Positions 39,555-50,947 of a stretch of 64,000 nucleotides of DNA are shown piece by piece. The position numbers were made by a program, and so were the translations under genes. Where the stretch lies: IMG/VR virus record IMGVR_UViG_3300021387_000285; one strand, given 5' to 3'. The notes beneath the pieces are model-generated. The model was not told where the DNA came from and made no database searches. It saw only the letters and a list, made by a program, of their open reading frames with translations. The stretch comes from a virus (lineage: Duplodnaviria > Heunggongvirae > Uroviricota > Caudoviricetes). Numbering within the stretch: the first letter of the stretch is position 1; each line of letters opens with the position of its first letter.

Positions 39555-40706
39555 ATGAATAACGCACTTATTATAGGGATTGTCTGTCTTTTACTTGGTT
39601 TTCTAATTGGACAATTGATAAGAACTATAAAAGTTAAATAGAAAAACCAAGAGTTAGAAATAGCAGAATAGCAAATACAATTACGCATAAAAGATTTAGA
39701 AAAAGAATATATTCAAAAAAATACAGAATTAGATAAGCAGTATTCTCAATTAACAGATAAATATATAGCTGATTTTGAAGAATAGAATCAAAAATTAGAA
39801 AAAGCTGCGCGAACTGCATAGGCTGAAATTGTTAATGAACGTATTGCTTGGGACAAAGAAAAAAATCAAAAAATTATTTATTGGGCATAGCATGAATCTA
39901 ATTTAAAATCTGAAGTTTCTGGTTTAGAATAGTAGATTGAAGAAAAAAAACATTTAATTAATGATTTAGATAATTAGGCTAAAACTGCTGCTAAATTAGT
40001 TGAAGAGCAAGTTGTTAATAATATGACAACAGAAGTTGAACAGCAAAGCAAAGATTTAATCAATAAATACGAACAACTAGAAAGTGAATTATTAGTTCAT
40101 TATCAAGATTTAGCAGATGCCCAAAGAGATGAATGGTTAATTACTACAGAGAAATTAGATAATTAGATTTTAGAAAAAGAAAATCAATTAAATAATTTAC
40201 AACAAATGGCTAATGCTGCTATTGAGTCTAATAAACGTGCGGCCGCCGATAAACAACAAAAAGATTTTTATAGATTACAATTAGATGAAATTGATAAAGA
40301 AGAGATAAAACGTATTCGTTCTATTGAACCTTATTTAAGAAAGAAAGAACCATTAAATAAGGTTATTTGGAAAGTATATTATGAAAAACCATGTACTGAT
40401 TTAATTGGTAGAGTAGTAGGACAAGGACGTAAAACAGGTATTTATAAAATAACTAATATAGATAATGGAATGTGTTATGTAGGATAGGCAGTTGATATTG
40501 CAGAACGTTGGAAACAACATATTAAACGAGGCATCGGCGCAGACCCTCCTACATAGAATAAACTTTATCCTGCTATGTTAGCTATTGGTGTTGAAAACTT
40601 TATGTTTGAAATTATTGAAGAATGTTCTGGAAATCTTTTAAACGAAAAAGAAGATTATTGGTAGAACTTTTATAACGCCAAAGAATGGGGGTACAGTATT
40701 AAATAA
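39555..40706 (+). CDS. Membrane-anchored coiled-coil protein with a C-terminal GIY-YIG/T5orf172 nuclease domain; 12 in-frame TAG.
   Basis: N-terminal TM helix, a long coiled coil, then C-terminal GIYKITNIDNGMCYVG(TAG)A. Confidence 0.65.
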
Positions 40707-40984
40707 TGCATCGTATTATTGATGGAAGAGGAACTGGTAAAACTAGTAAATTGCTTTTATTAGCAAAAGAAAATAATGCCGTATTAGTATGTAGCAATCC
40801 AAGAGCAATGGAATATAAAGCCAAGCAATATGGGATAAATGATATACATATGATTTCTTATGGTGAGTTCTTAAACAATTATCGTGGTAGTAAAACATAG
40901 TATGTTATAGATGAAATTGAAAATTTTCTTGATATAGTCTATGGCGCGAACAAAGTCATTGGCTATACACTTAGTGTAGAATAA
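40706..40984 (+). CDS. Small P-loop protein with 1 in-frame TAG.
   Basis: GRGTGKTS Walker A motif. TAATG coupling to the upstream gene. Confidence 0.35.
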
Positions 40985-40986
40985 AG

Positions 40987-41015
40987 TTGATTTTTTTAAT
41001 TTTTTATGATATAAT
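40987..41015 (+). promoter_or_regulatory. Sigma-A-type promoter.
   Basis: TTGATT-N17-TGaTATAAT. Confidence 0.6.
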
Positions 41016-41053
41016 ATATTTAGAAAATTAAGAAAGCGAGTTTTTATAAAACA

Positions 41054-41419
41054 GTGAAACAAGAGTTTTTAGATTTTGTGAATAAATTGATGGATAGTAA
41101 TCCAGACTTGGTTAAAGAATTGATGACAGATAATATAAAAGCTTATCTTGATATTCTAAAAGAAGTGAAAACTGACAAGCCTGAACTAACTGAAAATGGA
41201 ATGTTAGTTCTTAAATATTTGCAGGAACATCAAGATACAAGATGCTGGAAAGCGAAAGATTTAGCCGAACAGATGGGTATTTCATCTCGTGGAGCATCTG
41301 GAACTATGCGAAAACTTGTAAATGATGGATTTTGCGAAAAACTTGGACAAGACCCTGTTATTTATGCTTTAACAGAAAAAGGAAAAAAATATGTAATTAT
41401 TGAAGGAGAAAATGAATAA
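41054..41419 (+). CDS. Winged-helix (MarR-like) protein.
   Basis: ..AEQMGISSRGASGTMRKLVNDGF.. GTG start. Confidence 0.4.
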   Translation: MKQEFLDFVNKLMDSNPDLVKELMTDNIKAYLDILKEVKTDKPELTENGMLVLKYLQEHQDTRCWKAKDLAEQMGISSRGASGTMRKLVNDGFCEKLGQDPVIYALTEKGKKYVIIEGENE

Positions 41420-42363
41420 TGAAAAATGTAATGGAAAATGTAACTCATATTGAGGGTCTTTTGTATCAGCACAATCTGTCCCTTAGAACTTCTGGAGAGA
41501 ACTCAAAGAATCCTGGGACTTAGTTTATTAACGGGACGATTGATATTGCTACTGATAATAATTTGACAAATATTGTAACAATTCATTATACATATGTCAC
41601 TGCAAAGACTTCTAAAGGTACTGACGATAGTCGTTTTGCAACCTTGTCAAACATTATGAATGGTACTATTTGTAGTGTTATGGAACATGGTGTAGATAAA
41701 GCCGCAAAACTCCGTGTTGATTCGGCAATTGGTCTTAATGAGTTCTTCTCAAATAGAACTGGTGAAGAAGTTCTTGTAAGCCAGAAGAGAAATGAAGGTG
41801 GATTTATCCATGTAACTCAGACTCTGGCAGATGATGAGAAACTTCGTAATACATTTAAGTGTGATATGATTATTACAGGTGCGGTTAGAGTAGAAGCCGA
41901 TGCAGAACGTGAACGTCCCGAAAAAGTTATTGTTAAGGGTTATGTATTTGATTTTAGAAAAGCCCTTCTTCCTGTTGAATTCACAGCACTGAATCCAGGA
42001 GCAATGGATTATTTTGAAGGACTTGATGCATCTCCAAAGAACCCTTGCTTTACAAAGGTTTGGGGTCGCCAGATTTCTCAGATTGTAACTGTAAGAAAAG
42101 TTACCGAGTCTGCTTTTGGTGAACCTTCTGTTGAAGAGTCTACTTCAACTCAGCGTGATTTTGTTATCACTGGTGGTGCACAGGAACCTTATACTTGGGA
42201 TGATGAATCTACTATTACCGCAGCCGAATATACAAAGGCACAGCAGGACCGTGAGGTTGTAATTGCAGGTATTAAACAGCGTCAGGATGAATATAATGCA
42301 TCTCGCGCACAAACTCAGGCACCTGCGGCAGCCACTGGTGGCGCAAGTGGATTTAATTTCTAA
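41419..42363 (+). CDS. Putative ssDNA-binding or annealing accessory protein (DUF669-like neighbour of Sak4); 1 in-frame TAG.
   Basis: Joins a 48-codon N-terminal segment to the track ORF 41563-42363 in one frame. It sits immediately upstream of the Sak4-like ATPase. Confidence 0.35.
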
Positions 42364-42383
42364 TTAAAAGGGAGGATTAACTT

Positions 42384-43379
42384 ATGGCTATTAACCTTTT
42401 GAGCATTCAGCCCCATAAAGTTAGTCGTGACCTTTCTGGGTATATTACTTTTGTATATGGCCCTCCTAAAACAGGTAAGACGACTCTTGCCTCTCAAATG
42501 CCAAAGCCTCTTCTTTTGGCATTTGAAAAAGGTTATAACGCAATCCCTGGTATTATGGCGCAGGATGTCACTACTTGGGGCGAAATGAAACAGATTTATA
42601 GAGAACTTAAAAAAGAAGAAGTAAAAGAAGCCTATAAAACAATTGTTATTGATACAGTTGATATTGCCGCTGACCTTTGCCAGAAATATATTTGTAGTCA
42701 GCTTGGTATTGAACAGATGGGCGATGGCGGCTGGGGGAATAACAGTTGGCCTAGATACAAGAAAGAGTTTGAAGAAGTATTCAGAGGACTTACAATGATG
42801 GGATATGCAGTTGTGTTTATTTCACACGCTTCCAGAAGTCCAATGAAAAATGCAGCAGGTAAAGAAATTGGTGAAGAAGTTAAACCTTCTATTCAGTCAT
42901 CTGCTTTGAAGATTATTGAAAATATGGCAGATATTTATGGTTATGCTTTTGCAACCACTGATGAAGAGGGCAAAACTGCCATGAAGTTGATGTTGCGGTC
43001 TCCCGCAAACTCTGGTATTTCTTGTGGTAGCCGATTTAAAAATATGGCTCCAGTTATTGACTTCAACTATGAATCTCTTGCTAAAGCACTAACTGATGCA
43101 ATTGATAGTGAAGCTAAGGAACATAATAATGAGTTTGTAACAAATGAAAGAGAAGTTACAAATATCATTAAAGATTATGATTATGATGAACTTTTCAAAG
43201 AGTTTACTGAAATTACAGGACAGCTAATGAGTAAAGACGCTGAACAGTATGCTCCAAAAGTAACACAGATTGTTGAGAAGTATTTTGGTAAAGGTAAGAA
43301 AGTATCAAATGCAACTCGTGACCAGGCAGAGCTGATTTATCTGGTAATCAATGATATTAAAGAAGATTTGATGAAGTAA
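42384..43379 (+). CDS. Sak4-like RecA-fold ATPase (AAA_24).
   Basis: YGPPKTGKTTLA Walker A motif and RecA-like core. AAAGGGAGG RBS upstream. Confidence 0.65.
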   Translation: MAINLLSIQPHKVSRDLSGYITFVYGPPKTGKTTLASQMPKPLLLAFEKGYNAIPGIMAQDVTTWGEMKQIYRELKKEEVKEAYKTIVIDTVDIAADLCQKYICSQLGIEQMGDGGWGNNSWPRYKKEFEEVFRGLTMMGYAVVFISHASRSPMKNAAGKEIGEEVKPSIQSSALKIIENMADIYGYAFATTDEEGKTAMKLMLRSPANSGISCGSRFKNMAPVIDFNYESLAKALTDAIDSEAKEHNNEFVTNEREVTNIIKDYDYDELFKEFTEITGQLMSKDAEQYAPKVTQIVEKYFGKGKKVSNATRDQAELIYLVINDIKEDLMK

Positions 43380-43410
43380 TATAAATAAAAATAGAAAAAT
43401 CAACATTGAC

Positions 43411-43439
43411 TTGATTTTTCTATTTTTTTATGTTATAAT
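43411..43439 (+). promoter_or_regulatory. Sigma-A-type promoter.
   Basis: TTGATT-N17-TGtTATAAT. Confidence 0.6.
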
Positions 43440-43472
43440 ATATATAGAGATTTTATAGAAAGAAGGAATTAA

Positions 43473-44153
43473 ATGGCTTCAATAGTAACTTGTAAATATT
43501 GCAAAAAAAAGTTTGATAAAGAAAAAGAGCCATATGTTTAGATTCCTCATGGGTCAGTATTTAGACACGGGCATGCCCAATGTTATATAGATGCAGTAGA
43601 AAATAAAACAGAAACTGAAACTTATAGAATATGGGACCCAGCCTTAACAACTAATTGTTTTTGGTGCCATCAAGCAATATATAAAGATGCAGAAGATGTT
43701 ATGCCAATGCCGCAATTAAAAAATAGATATGTCCATAAAGCATGCGCCGAACATCATCCTGCAAATGATAAAGAAGAATTAACTGTTTATATAATCAATT
43801 TATTTAAATTAAAAGATGACTATATTTTACCAAGATATGCAAAACAATTAACTCAATATGAAAAAGAGTATAATTTTACATATTCTGGGATGTTAAAGGC
43901 ATTAAAATATTGGTATGATGTAAAGAAAAAACCTGTGGATTTAGATAGAGGGGTTGGAATTATCCCTTATATTTATAAAAATGCTTATGATTATTATTAT
44001 GCTTTATGGTTAGCAGATTAGGAAAATAAACAGAAAGATTTAAATGATTATATTCCAAAAGATGTAGTTGTAGTAATCCCATCACCGAAAAGAGAAATTG
44101 AAAAAAGAAAGTTATTTTCTTTTTTAGACCAAGAGGAGGAGGAAAGTAAATGA
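43473..44153 (+). CDS. Zinc-finger hypothetical protein with 4 in-frame TAG.
   Basis: CKYCKK...HGHAQC and CFWCH. The frame joins the track ORF 43701-44021 through TAG. ATGA overlap with dnaB. Confidence 0.4.
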
Positions 44154-45679
44154 GTTCAAAATATGTAGATACACCTAGTATTGTTCAAGTAATTGGGTGT
44201 GTTTTTAAATCTCCTCAACTATTGGATTATACAGATAGATATTCAATTACTGATGATGATTTTCCAGACCAGTTTCATAAAATTGTGTTTGGAAGTATTT
44301 TTAAACTGCATGAGTTGGGCGCAGAAAAAATTACTTTAAATAGTATTTTGGATTATTTATCTTCTCGTCCAAAAAGTGAAGCTATATTTACCAAACAAAA
44401 AGGTGAAGAATGGCTATTAAAAGCTAGTGAAAATGCGGAAACTGCTTCATTTGATTATTATTATAACCGAATGAAGAAAATGACTTTATTAAGGGTTTTT
44501 GATCAATATGGGATTGACGTTAGTGATATTTATGACCCAGACAATATTGTAGATATCAAGAAACGCCAACAGCAAGAAGAGATATTAGATAACACAAGTC
44601 TTGAAAATATTGCTCAAAAAGTTCAAGATAAAGTTGACCAAATAAAATCAACATATGTAGATGATGCTTGGGGTGAAGCAACACAAGCTGGTGAAGGAAT
44701 AATTGATTTACTTCAAGAGTTAGAAAAAAGTCCAGAAGTAGGAGTACCACTTTATGGGCCATTGATTAACACAGTTACAAGAGGCGCGCGATTAAAAAAG
44801 TTTTATTTGCGCTCTGCGCCTACTGGCGTTGGTAAGTCTCGTTCTATGATTGCAGATTGTTGTAATATTGGATGCAATAAAATATATGATAATGTATTTG
44901 GTTGGAATAACAATGGAGTTGCTGAACCAGTGTTGTATATTACAACAGAGCAAGAATTAGGTGAAATACAAACAATGATGTTAGCATTTTTATCTAATGT
45001 TAATGAAGAACATATTTTAAATGGTAAATATGAAGGCGATGAAAAAGAACGAGTTTATGAGGCAGGTAGAATTTTAAAGAATAGTCCAATTTATATTGAA
45101 GTATTACCAGATTTCTCATTACAAGATGTTGAAAATAAAATCAAAAAGAATATAAGAGACCATGATATTAAGTATTGTTTCTTTGATTATATTCATACTA
45201 GTTTAAAGATATTAGAAGAAATTACTCGTAGGTCTGGTGGAGTAAAACTTCGTGAAGATACAATTCTTTTTATGTTATCAATTAGACTTAAAGATTTATG
45301 TAATAAGTATGGCATTTTTATTATGTCAGCAACTCAGTTAAATGGTGATTATCAAATAAGTGAAACGCCTGACCAAAATCTATTGCGTGGTGCAAAAGCA
45401 ATTGCAGATAAAATAGATATGGGTGCAATTTTACTTCCGGCAAAAGATGATGATATAGAAAATCTACAACGTATTTTAGCGAATAATGCATTTGATAAAC
45501 CAGATTTAAAAATGTCAATTTATAAAAATCGTCGTGGTAGATATAAAGGGATTTATCTTTGGTGTAAAGCAGACTTAGGAACTTGTCGTATCCAACCAAT
45601 GTTTGCGACAACATATAGTTATGAAATTGTACAGATTGATAATTTAAAAATATTAACAACAGAGCCAAGTGCTTTTTAA
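44150..45679 (+). CDS. dnaB: Replicative DNA helicase (DnaB-like). TAG-free.
   Basis: RecA-like core with Walker A APTGVGKS. Length and architecture are DnaB-like. Confidence 0.8.
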   Translation: MSSKYVDTPSIVQVIGCVFKSPQLLDYTDRYSITDDDFPDQFHKIVFGSIFKLHELGAEKITLNSILDYLSSRPKSEAIFTKQKGEEWLLKASENAETASFDYYYNRMKKMTLLRVFDQYGIDVSDIYDPDNIVDIKKRQQQEEILDNTSLENIAQKVQDKVDQIKSTYVDDAWGEATQAGEGIIDLLQELEKSPEVGVPLYGPLINTVTRGARLKKFYLRSAPTGVGKSRSMIADCCNIGCNKIYDNVFGWNNNGVAEPVLYITTEQELGEIQTMMLAFLSNVNEEHILNGKYEGDEKERVYEAGRILKNSPIYIEVLPDFSLQDVENKIKKNIRDHDIKYCFFDYIHTSLKILEEITRRSGGVKLREDTILFMLSIRLKDLCNKYGIFIMSATQLNGDYQISETPDQNLLRGAKAIADKIDMGAILLPAKDDDIENLQRILANNAFDKPDLKMSIYKNRRGRYKGIYLWCKADLGTCRIQPMFATTYSYEIVQIDNLKILTTEPSAF

Positions 45680-45693
45680 AAGGAGAATAAATA

Positions 45694-45912
45694 ATGAAAA
45701 AAGATAAGATTATTGAGAGTGTACCCACTACTGTATGGTCTACACCTTTTTATGGAGAAATTGAGTATGAAATGCCAAAGGCTTATGCAAAACAACTTTT
45801 AGCCACAAGAAAAGGCGATGACCAGCATAGCAATCCTCAAAAGTTCTTGTGTGATATTGTAAATACAGAGTTTAGACTTAAGGGGTATTGCACTAGGGTT
45901 GTCTTAGTATAA
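45694..45912 (+). CDS. Hypothetical small protein.
   Basis: ORF from the track. Confidence 0.35.
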   Translation: MKKDKIIESVPTTVWSTPFYGEIEYEMPKAYAKQLLATRKGDDQHSNPQKFLCDIVNTEFRLKGYCTRVVLV

Positions 45913-47009
45913 TGGTTACTTATAAAAAGTATGAAGTTAGAGAAAAATTAAAAATAGAGAACATTTTTGACTTATTGCAAGAATGGGGAGGGGATCCAGA
46001 GTATACCAGCTTTGGTATCCTTTCTTCAACTATTTGCCATAATCAACCAGGTGAAGGTAGTCGTAAATTATACTATTATGAAAATACTGGGTTGTTTCAT
46101 TGTTTTACTAACTGCGGCAGTTTTGATATATTTGAATTATTAATTAAAGTTGCTAATAACCAATGGGGCAGAGAATATGACTTAAATGATGCTGTTCGTT
46201 ATATTGCTATTAAATTTAATCTTGCTGGAGAAGAAGAGTTTGACGAACAAGAGACATTATTAGATTGGCAATTTTTTAATACATATGACCGGGTCCAAGA
46301 GATAGAAAATAAAGATTATAGAGTAACTTTAAAGCCTTATGATGATATTATTTTATCTCGTATGAATTATAATGTTAAACTTAATCCATGGTTGCGCGAA
46401 GGTATTTCTCAATCTGTAATGGATAATGCGCGAATAGGGTTTTATCCCGGTGGAGCGCAAATAACCATCCCACATTTTGATAAAGATGGGAACTTCATTG
46501 GTTTACGTGGAAGGTCTTTGTGTAAACAAGATGCTGATTTATATGGTAAATATAGACCATTGTTTGTTAATCGGCAATTATATAATCATCCTCTTGGAAT
46601 GAACTTATATAATTTAAATAATAGTAAAAATAATATCAATATTACACATCGGGCAATTATTTTTGAAAGTGAAAAAAGTTGTTTAAAATATCAATCTTTT
46701 TTTGGTTTAGATAATGATATTTCAGTCGCTTGTTGTGGGTCAAATATCTCTATTTATCAAGTACAATTACTATTAGATGCTGGGGTTAAAGAAATGACTA
46801 TTGCTTTTGATAGACAATTCCAAGCTATTGGAGATGATGAGTTCAAGCATCTAACTAGTAATTTAACCAAACTTCATAATAAGTATAAAAATTATTTAGA
46901 TATTAGTATTATATTTGACAAACAGATGTTAACAGGATATAAAGATGCTCCAGTAGATGATGGAAAGGATATATTTTTACAATTATGGAAAACAAAGATT
47001 TACTTATAA
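45912..47009 (+). CDS. dnaG: DNA primase (DnaG-like, CHC2 zinc finger plus Toprim). TAG-free.
   Basis: CHNQPGEGSRKLYYYENTGLFHCFTNCG zinc finger with a Toprim core. Confidence 0.8.
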   Translation: MVTYKKYEVREKLKIENIFDLLQEWGGDPEYTSFGILSSTICHNQPGEGSRKLYYYENTGLFHCFTNCGSFDIFELLIKVANNQWGREYDLNDAVRYIAIKFNLAGEEEFDEQETLLDWQFFNTYDRVQEIENKDYRVTLKPYDDIILSRMNYNVKLNPWLREGISQSVMDNARIGFYPGGAQITIPHFDKDGNFIGLRGRSLCKQDADLYGKYRPLFVNRQLYNHPLGMNLYNLNNSKNNINITHRAIIFESEKSCLKYQSFFGLDNDISVACCGSNISIYQVQLLLDAGVKEMTIAFDRQFQAIGDDEFKHLTSNLTKLHNKYKNYLDISIIFDKQMLTGYKDAPVDDGKDIFLQLWKTKIYL

Positions 47010-47341
47010 CAATTTTATATGATAAAGACAGTAATAGAAATTATACAGAAGCATTATTTTTTGATATTACAGCAGCACTTATTAGACGAGATTTTCATAG
47101 AAGTAGATATGAAACTGCTTATCACGATGGCAAGATTTATGGATATATGAATAATTAGAATAAGCATTGTGGAATTACAATATTAGCAGTTCCTTTTAAT
47201 CAAGATACAGCTGATAATTGTGCGAACCTATTTTTTATTGAAAATACTCTTTGTGACAAAATCAAATTAGCTAGTACTCCTTCTGTGCCAGTTTATAGAT
47301 ATAATGATAAAGGAGTATTAGATAAATGGAATATAGATTAA
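46985..47341 (+). CDS. Hypothetical protein with 1 in-frame TAG. It overlaps the primase 3' end.
   Basis: Frame is open from the ATG at 46985 to TAA 47339-47341. The start is uncertain. Confidence 0.3.
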
Positions 47342-49095
47342 TTGCACCACGACAAAATGGTATTACTTTATTACAATAGATTTTATTAAATAGAGGATTT
47401 AAAACTACTGAAGATATTATTCATTTTTTATCAACTGATGAGAATGATATCTTAAATCCATTGCTTTTAGACAATATGGTAGAAGGCTTGCAAATGTTAG
47501 CTAAACATATTAATGCTAATGATAAGGCTCTAATTGTAGTTGATGCTGATGCCGATGGTTTTTGTTCTGCTGCTATATTTATGAATTATTTCAATAAGTT
47601 CTTCCCAGGGTGGGTACAGAATAATGTTGATTATTTTATCCATACTGGTAAGTAGCATGGCTTAAAAGATGTTCTTGAACAAAGTAACTGGTTAGCTAAA
47701 GGATATAAATTAATTATAGTACCAGATGCCGCAAGTAATGATTATGAAGCACATGAGCTTTTATATAACCATCAAGTTGACTGTTTAGTTCTTGACCACC
47801 ATGAAGCAGATGAAGGATATAGTAAATACGCTTGTGTAATTAACAATCAATTATCTACACAATATCCTACAAAATCTTTATGCGGCGGTGCTATTGTTTA
47901 TAAGTTTTGCTCACAATTTGATATTTTAATGAAAACCAATTATGCAAAAGATTTTGAAGATTTAGTAGCATTATCTTTAATTAGTGATATGATGGACCAA
48001 AGAGATTTTGAGACACACGAACTTATTAAATTAGGTCTGGCAAATATTACCAATCATTTTTTTGTAGAAATGATGAATAGACAAAGATACCAATTTGAAA
48101 ATAATATTACTCCTATTGGAATTGCTTTTTACATTACTCCTTATATTAATGCTATGGTTAGAAGTGGAACACCAGAAGAAAAGTATCTAATGTTTGAAGC
48201 AATGTTAGATTGGCGTAGTGATGAACTTATTCCTTCAACCAAAAGAGGATGCAAAGGTCAAGTTGAAACAAGACACGAACAGGCCGGCCGTACTTGTATC
48301 AATGTAAAGAGTAGGTAGAAAAAAGCGCAAGATAGTAGTTTAGCTTATGTTGAAGAATTGATTTATGAAAATAATTTATTAGAAAATAAACTTTTAGTAG
48401 TATGCGTTGCCGCTGATGCAGTTGACCAAAATCTTGCTGGCTTAATTGCTAACCAAATTGCTAATAAGTATGCTAAACCTACGTTAATTTTGCGCGAAAC
48501 AATTGATGAGGAAGGAACTCCTGTCTATGCGGGGTCTGGCCGCAATTATGGTAATTCTCAATTAGAAGATTTTAGACAATTTTGTTTAGATACTGGTCTA
48601 ACATCATTAGCACAAGGCCATGCATCTGCTTTTGGATGCGCAATTCCTGTTGAAAATTATGATAAGTTTGTTGAAGTAACGAATGAAAAATTAAAAGACT
48701 TTGATTTTTCACCTTGTTATTTAGTAGATCTAGAATTAAACTTTAACCAATTAGATGATAATGATGTATTTTCTATTGGGTCTAATGCTGATTTATGGGG
48801 CCAACATTTAGACGAGCCTTTGATTGCAATTACAAATATTAAACTTACAGCTGATACAATACATTTTATTGGTTCTAATAAAAATACTTTAAAAATTAGT
48901 TTCCCAGACAGACAATTAAATATAATTAAGTTTAATATTACTGAAGAAGAAAAACAGTTACTTGACCCACAAAATGGAATTATTATAATCACAGCAATTG
49001 GTAAATGCGCTCTTAATCATTATATGGGAAACGTAACGCCACAAATTATGTTAGAAGATTTTGAAATACAAACAAGAAGTCAATGGGAGTTTTAA
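47326..49095 (+). CDS. recJ: RecJ-like DHH-family ssDNA exonuclease with 4 in-frame TAG.
   Basis: DHH motifs VVDADADGFCS and LVLDHHEAD plus a DHHA1-like C-terminus. Joins track ORFs 47461-47655, 47929-48318 and 48358-49095 in one frame. Confidence 0.7.
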
Positions 49096-49107
49096 TAATT
49101 TTATAAT

Positions 49108-49135
49108 TGAAAAAATTAAAAAATTATGATATAAT
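49108..49135 (+). promoter_or_regulatory. Sigma-A-type promoter.
   Basis: TTGAAA-N16-TGaTATAAT. Confidence 0.5.
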
Positions 49136-49141
49136 ATATAT

Positions 49142-49453
49142 ATGAAAAAATACTATACATATAATGAATCTATGAGATTAACTGAGCAAGCTTTAGACTT
49201 GTTAGATATTAAATCTTTTCTTCGTAAAGGAAGAGAAGTTTATGATATTGTTTCGGATATTGAACATTTTTTAATAATAGAACCACAAGAAAATCTTAAA
49301 GAGTTTTGGGATTATCTTACTCTCCATGAAGATTTTTTTAAAGGAGAACTTTTTAATTATATGACTGCTGATGAGCTTATAGAATACTGTCAAAAAAGAT
49401 ATCCTGATATTCATTGGCAAGAAGAAATTATTGAAAGACATTATGTAGTATAA
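49142..49453 (+). CDS. Hypothetical protein.
   Basis: ORF from the track. Confidence 0.4.
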   Translation: MKKYYTYNESMRLTEQALDLLDIKSFLRKGREVYDIVSDIEHFLIIEPQENLKEFWDYLTLHEDFFKGELFNYMTADELIEYCQKRYPDIHWQEEIIERHYVV

Positions 49454-49468
49454 GAAAGGTGAAATGAA

Positions 49469-50713
49469 GTGCAATTAACAAATAAACAAGAACAAGGATT
49501 AAAAATAGCTGTTGCTAATTATAATCTAGGACTCCCTTATACCGTAATTGCGGGATATGCTGGTTCTGGTAAATCAACATTAGTTCATTTTATTGTTGAT
49601 GCACTCCATATCTCACCAAAAGATATTGCATATGTGGCTTATACGGGAAAAGCAGCTAATGTATTACGACAAAAAGGATGCCCTAATGCAGTAACCGCGC
49701 ATAAACTTATTTATTATTCAGTTCCTCTTCCAAATGGAAAATATATGTATGAGCCTAAAAAAACATTAGACCATAAATATAAACTAATTGTTGTGGATGA
49801 AGTTAGTATGTTGCCAAAATATATGTGGGATTTGCTATTAACATATAGGGTTCATGTTCTTGCTATTGGTGACCCAGGACAGCTCCCACCAATAGGAAAA
49901 GATGAAGAAGGACGAGAAATTAACAACCATGTATTAGAGCATCCTCATATATTTTTGGATGAAATAATGCGGCAGGCGCAAGATAGTGCAATTATTCGTC
50001 TTTCTATGCATATTAGAGAAGGGAAAGATTTTATTAATTTTCAAAATGTTAGTGGAGAAGTTAGAATTATTCCTTCTATAAAACGAATGGACCCAGATGA
50101 CCTTAATGCATGTATTTTAGGAGCTGACCAAATCCTTACTGCAACTAATACTCAACGCATGAATATTAATAATCAAGCACGAACTTTATTTGGATTTGGG
50201 TCAGAACCAGAAAAGGATGACAAAATTATTGCATTAAGTAACCATTGGGATTTTACAAGTCAAAATCAAGTCCCATTAACAAATGGAGCCATTGGAAACA
50301 TTGAAAGCTTAAGACATTATGATGCTCATTATCCTAGTAGATTAGATTTACCAAATGTTGATTTATTGATGGTTAATATGAGAATACCAGAAGAAGAAGA
50401 TATGTATCTTTCTATTCCTGTAGATTATAAGTTTTTAAAAACTAATGAACCTGCGCTCACCCCTAAACAATTATATAAATTGCGACAGTATATGTCTAGA
50501 GCAATTCGTTCTAATATGGTTGATTTTATTCCTTATGATTTTACTTATGGATATGCAATTACTACTTGGAAAGCGCAAGGTAGTGAATGGAGTAAGATTT
50601 TAGGTTTTGATGGCAAATGGGTATTACATAAGAATGGAAAAGAAGAATATATTAAATATCTTTATACTTTAGTAACTCGTGCAAGCGATACTATTATTTT
50701 AATAGGAGATTAA
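49469..50713 (+). CDS. recD: RecD-like SF1 DNA helicase. TAG-free.
   Basis: AAA_30 Walker A GYAGSGKST and a UvrD_C_2-like C-terminus. Confidence 0.7.
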   Translation: MQLTNKQEQGLKIAVANYNLGLPYTVIAGYAGSGKSTLVHFIVDALHISPKDIAYVAYTGKAANVLRQKGCPNAVTAHKLIYYSVPLPNGKYMYEPKKTLDHKYKLIVVDEVSMLPKYMWDLLLTYRVHVLAIGDPGQLPPIGKDEEGREINNHVLEHPHIFLDEIMRQAQDSAIIRLSMHIREGKDFINFQNVSGEVRIIPSIKRMDPDDLNACILGADQILTATNTQRMNINNQARTLFGFGSEPEKDDKIIALSNHWDFTSQNQVPLTNGAIGNIESLRHYDAHYPSRLDLPNVDLLMVNMRIPEEEDMYLSIPVDYKFLKTNEPALTPKQLYKLRQYMSRAIRSNMVDFIPYDFTYGYAITTWKAQGSEWSKILGFDGKWVLHKNGKEEYIKYLYTLVTRASDTIILIGD

Positions 50714-50714
50714 T

Positions 50715-50913
50715 ATGCAAATAGAAATTACACAAGAATTATTGGATGAAATGCGGAAAATCCTTTATAATAATGATGAAAATAATCTTATTGGTTATTT
50801 GCTTTCTAAAACTGATAATGCAGGTGCAGTTGCTGTGATGACACAGATACTTGTAGAAGGTATTGACAGTTTGCAGGAACAACTTGACACATAGGAAAAA
50901 ATATGATATAATA
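50715..50913 (+). CDS. Hypothetical small protein.
   Basis: ATG overlaps the recD stop. Its 3' end overlaps the polymerase promoter. Confidence 0.35.
50883..50911 (+). promoter_or_regulatory. Sigma-A-type promoter, TTGACA-N17-TGaTATAAT.
   Basis: Drives the DNA polymerase gene. Confidence 0.65.
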
Positions 50914-50947
50914 TAATAAAGAAAAATAGCGAAAAGGAGTTTTTAGT

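Noticed and set aside
47007-47341. Reading the small gene after the primase as starting at the ATG at 46985 with a 25-nt out-of-frame overlap
   Set aside because: Not fully rejected, but the long overlap is atypical. The true start may be a non-ATG codon after the primase stop, or the ORF may be spurious, so it is kept at low confidence only.
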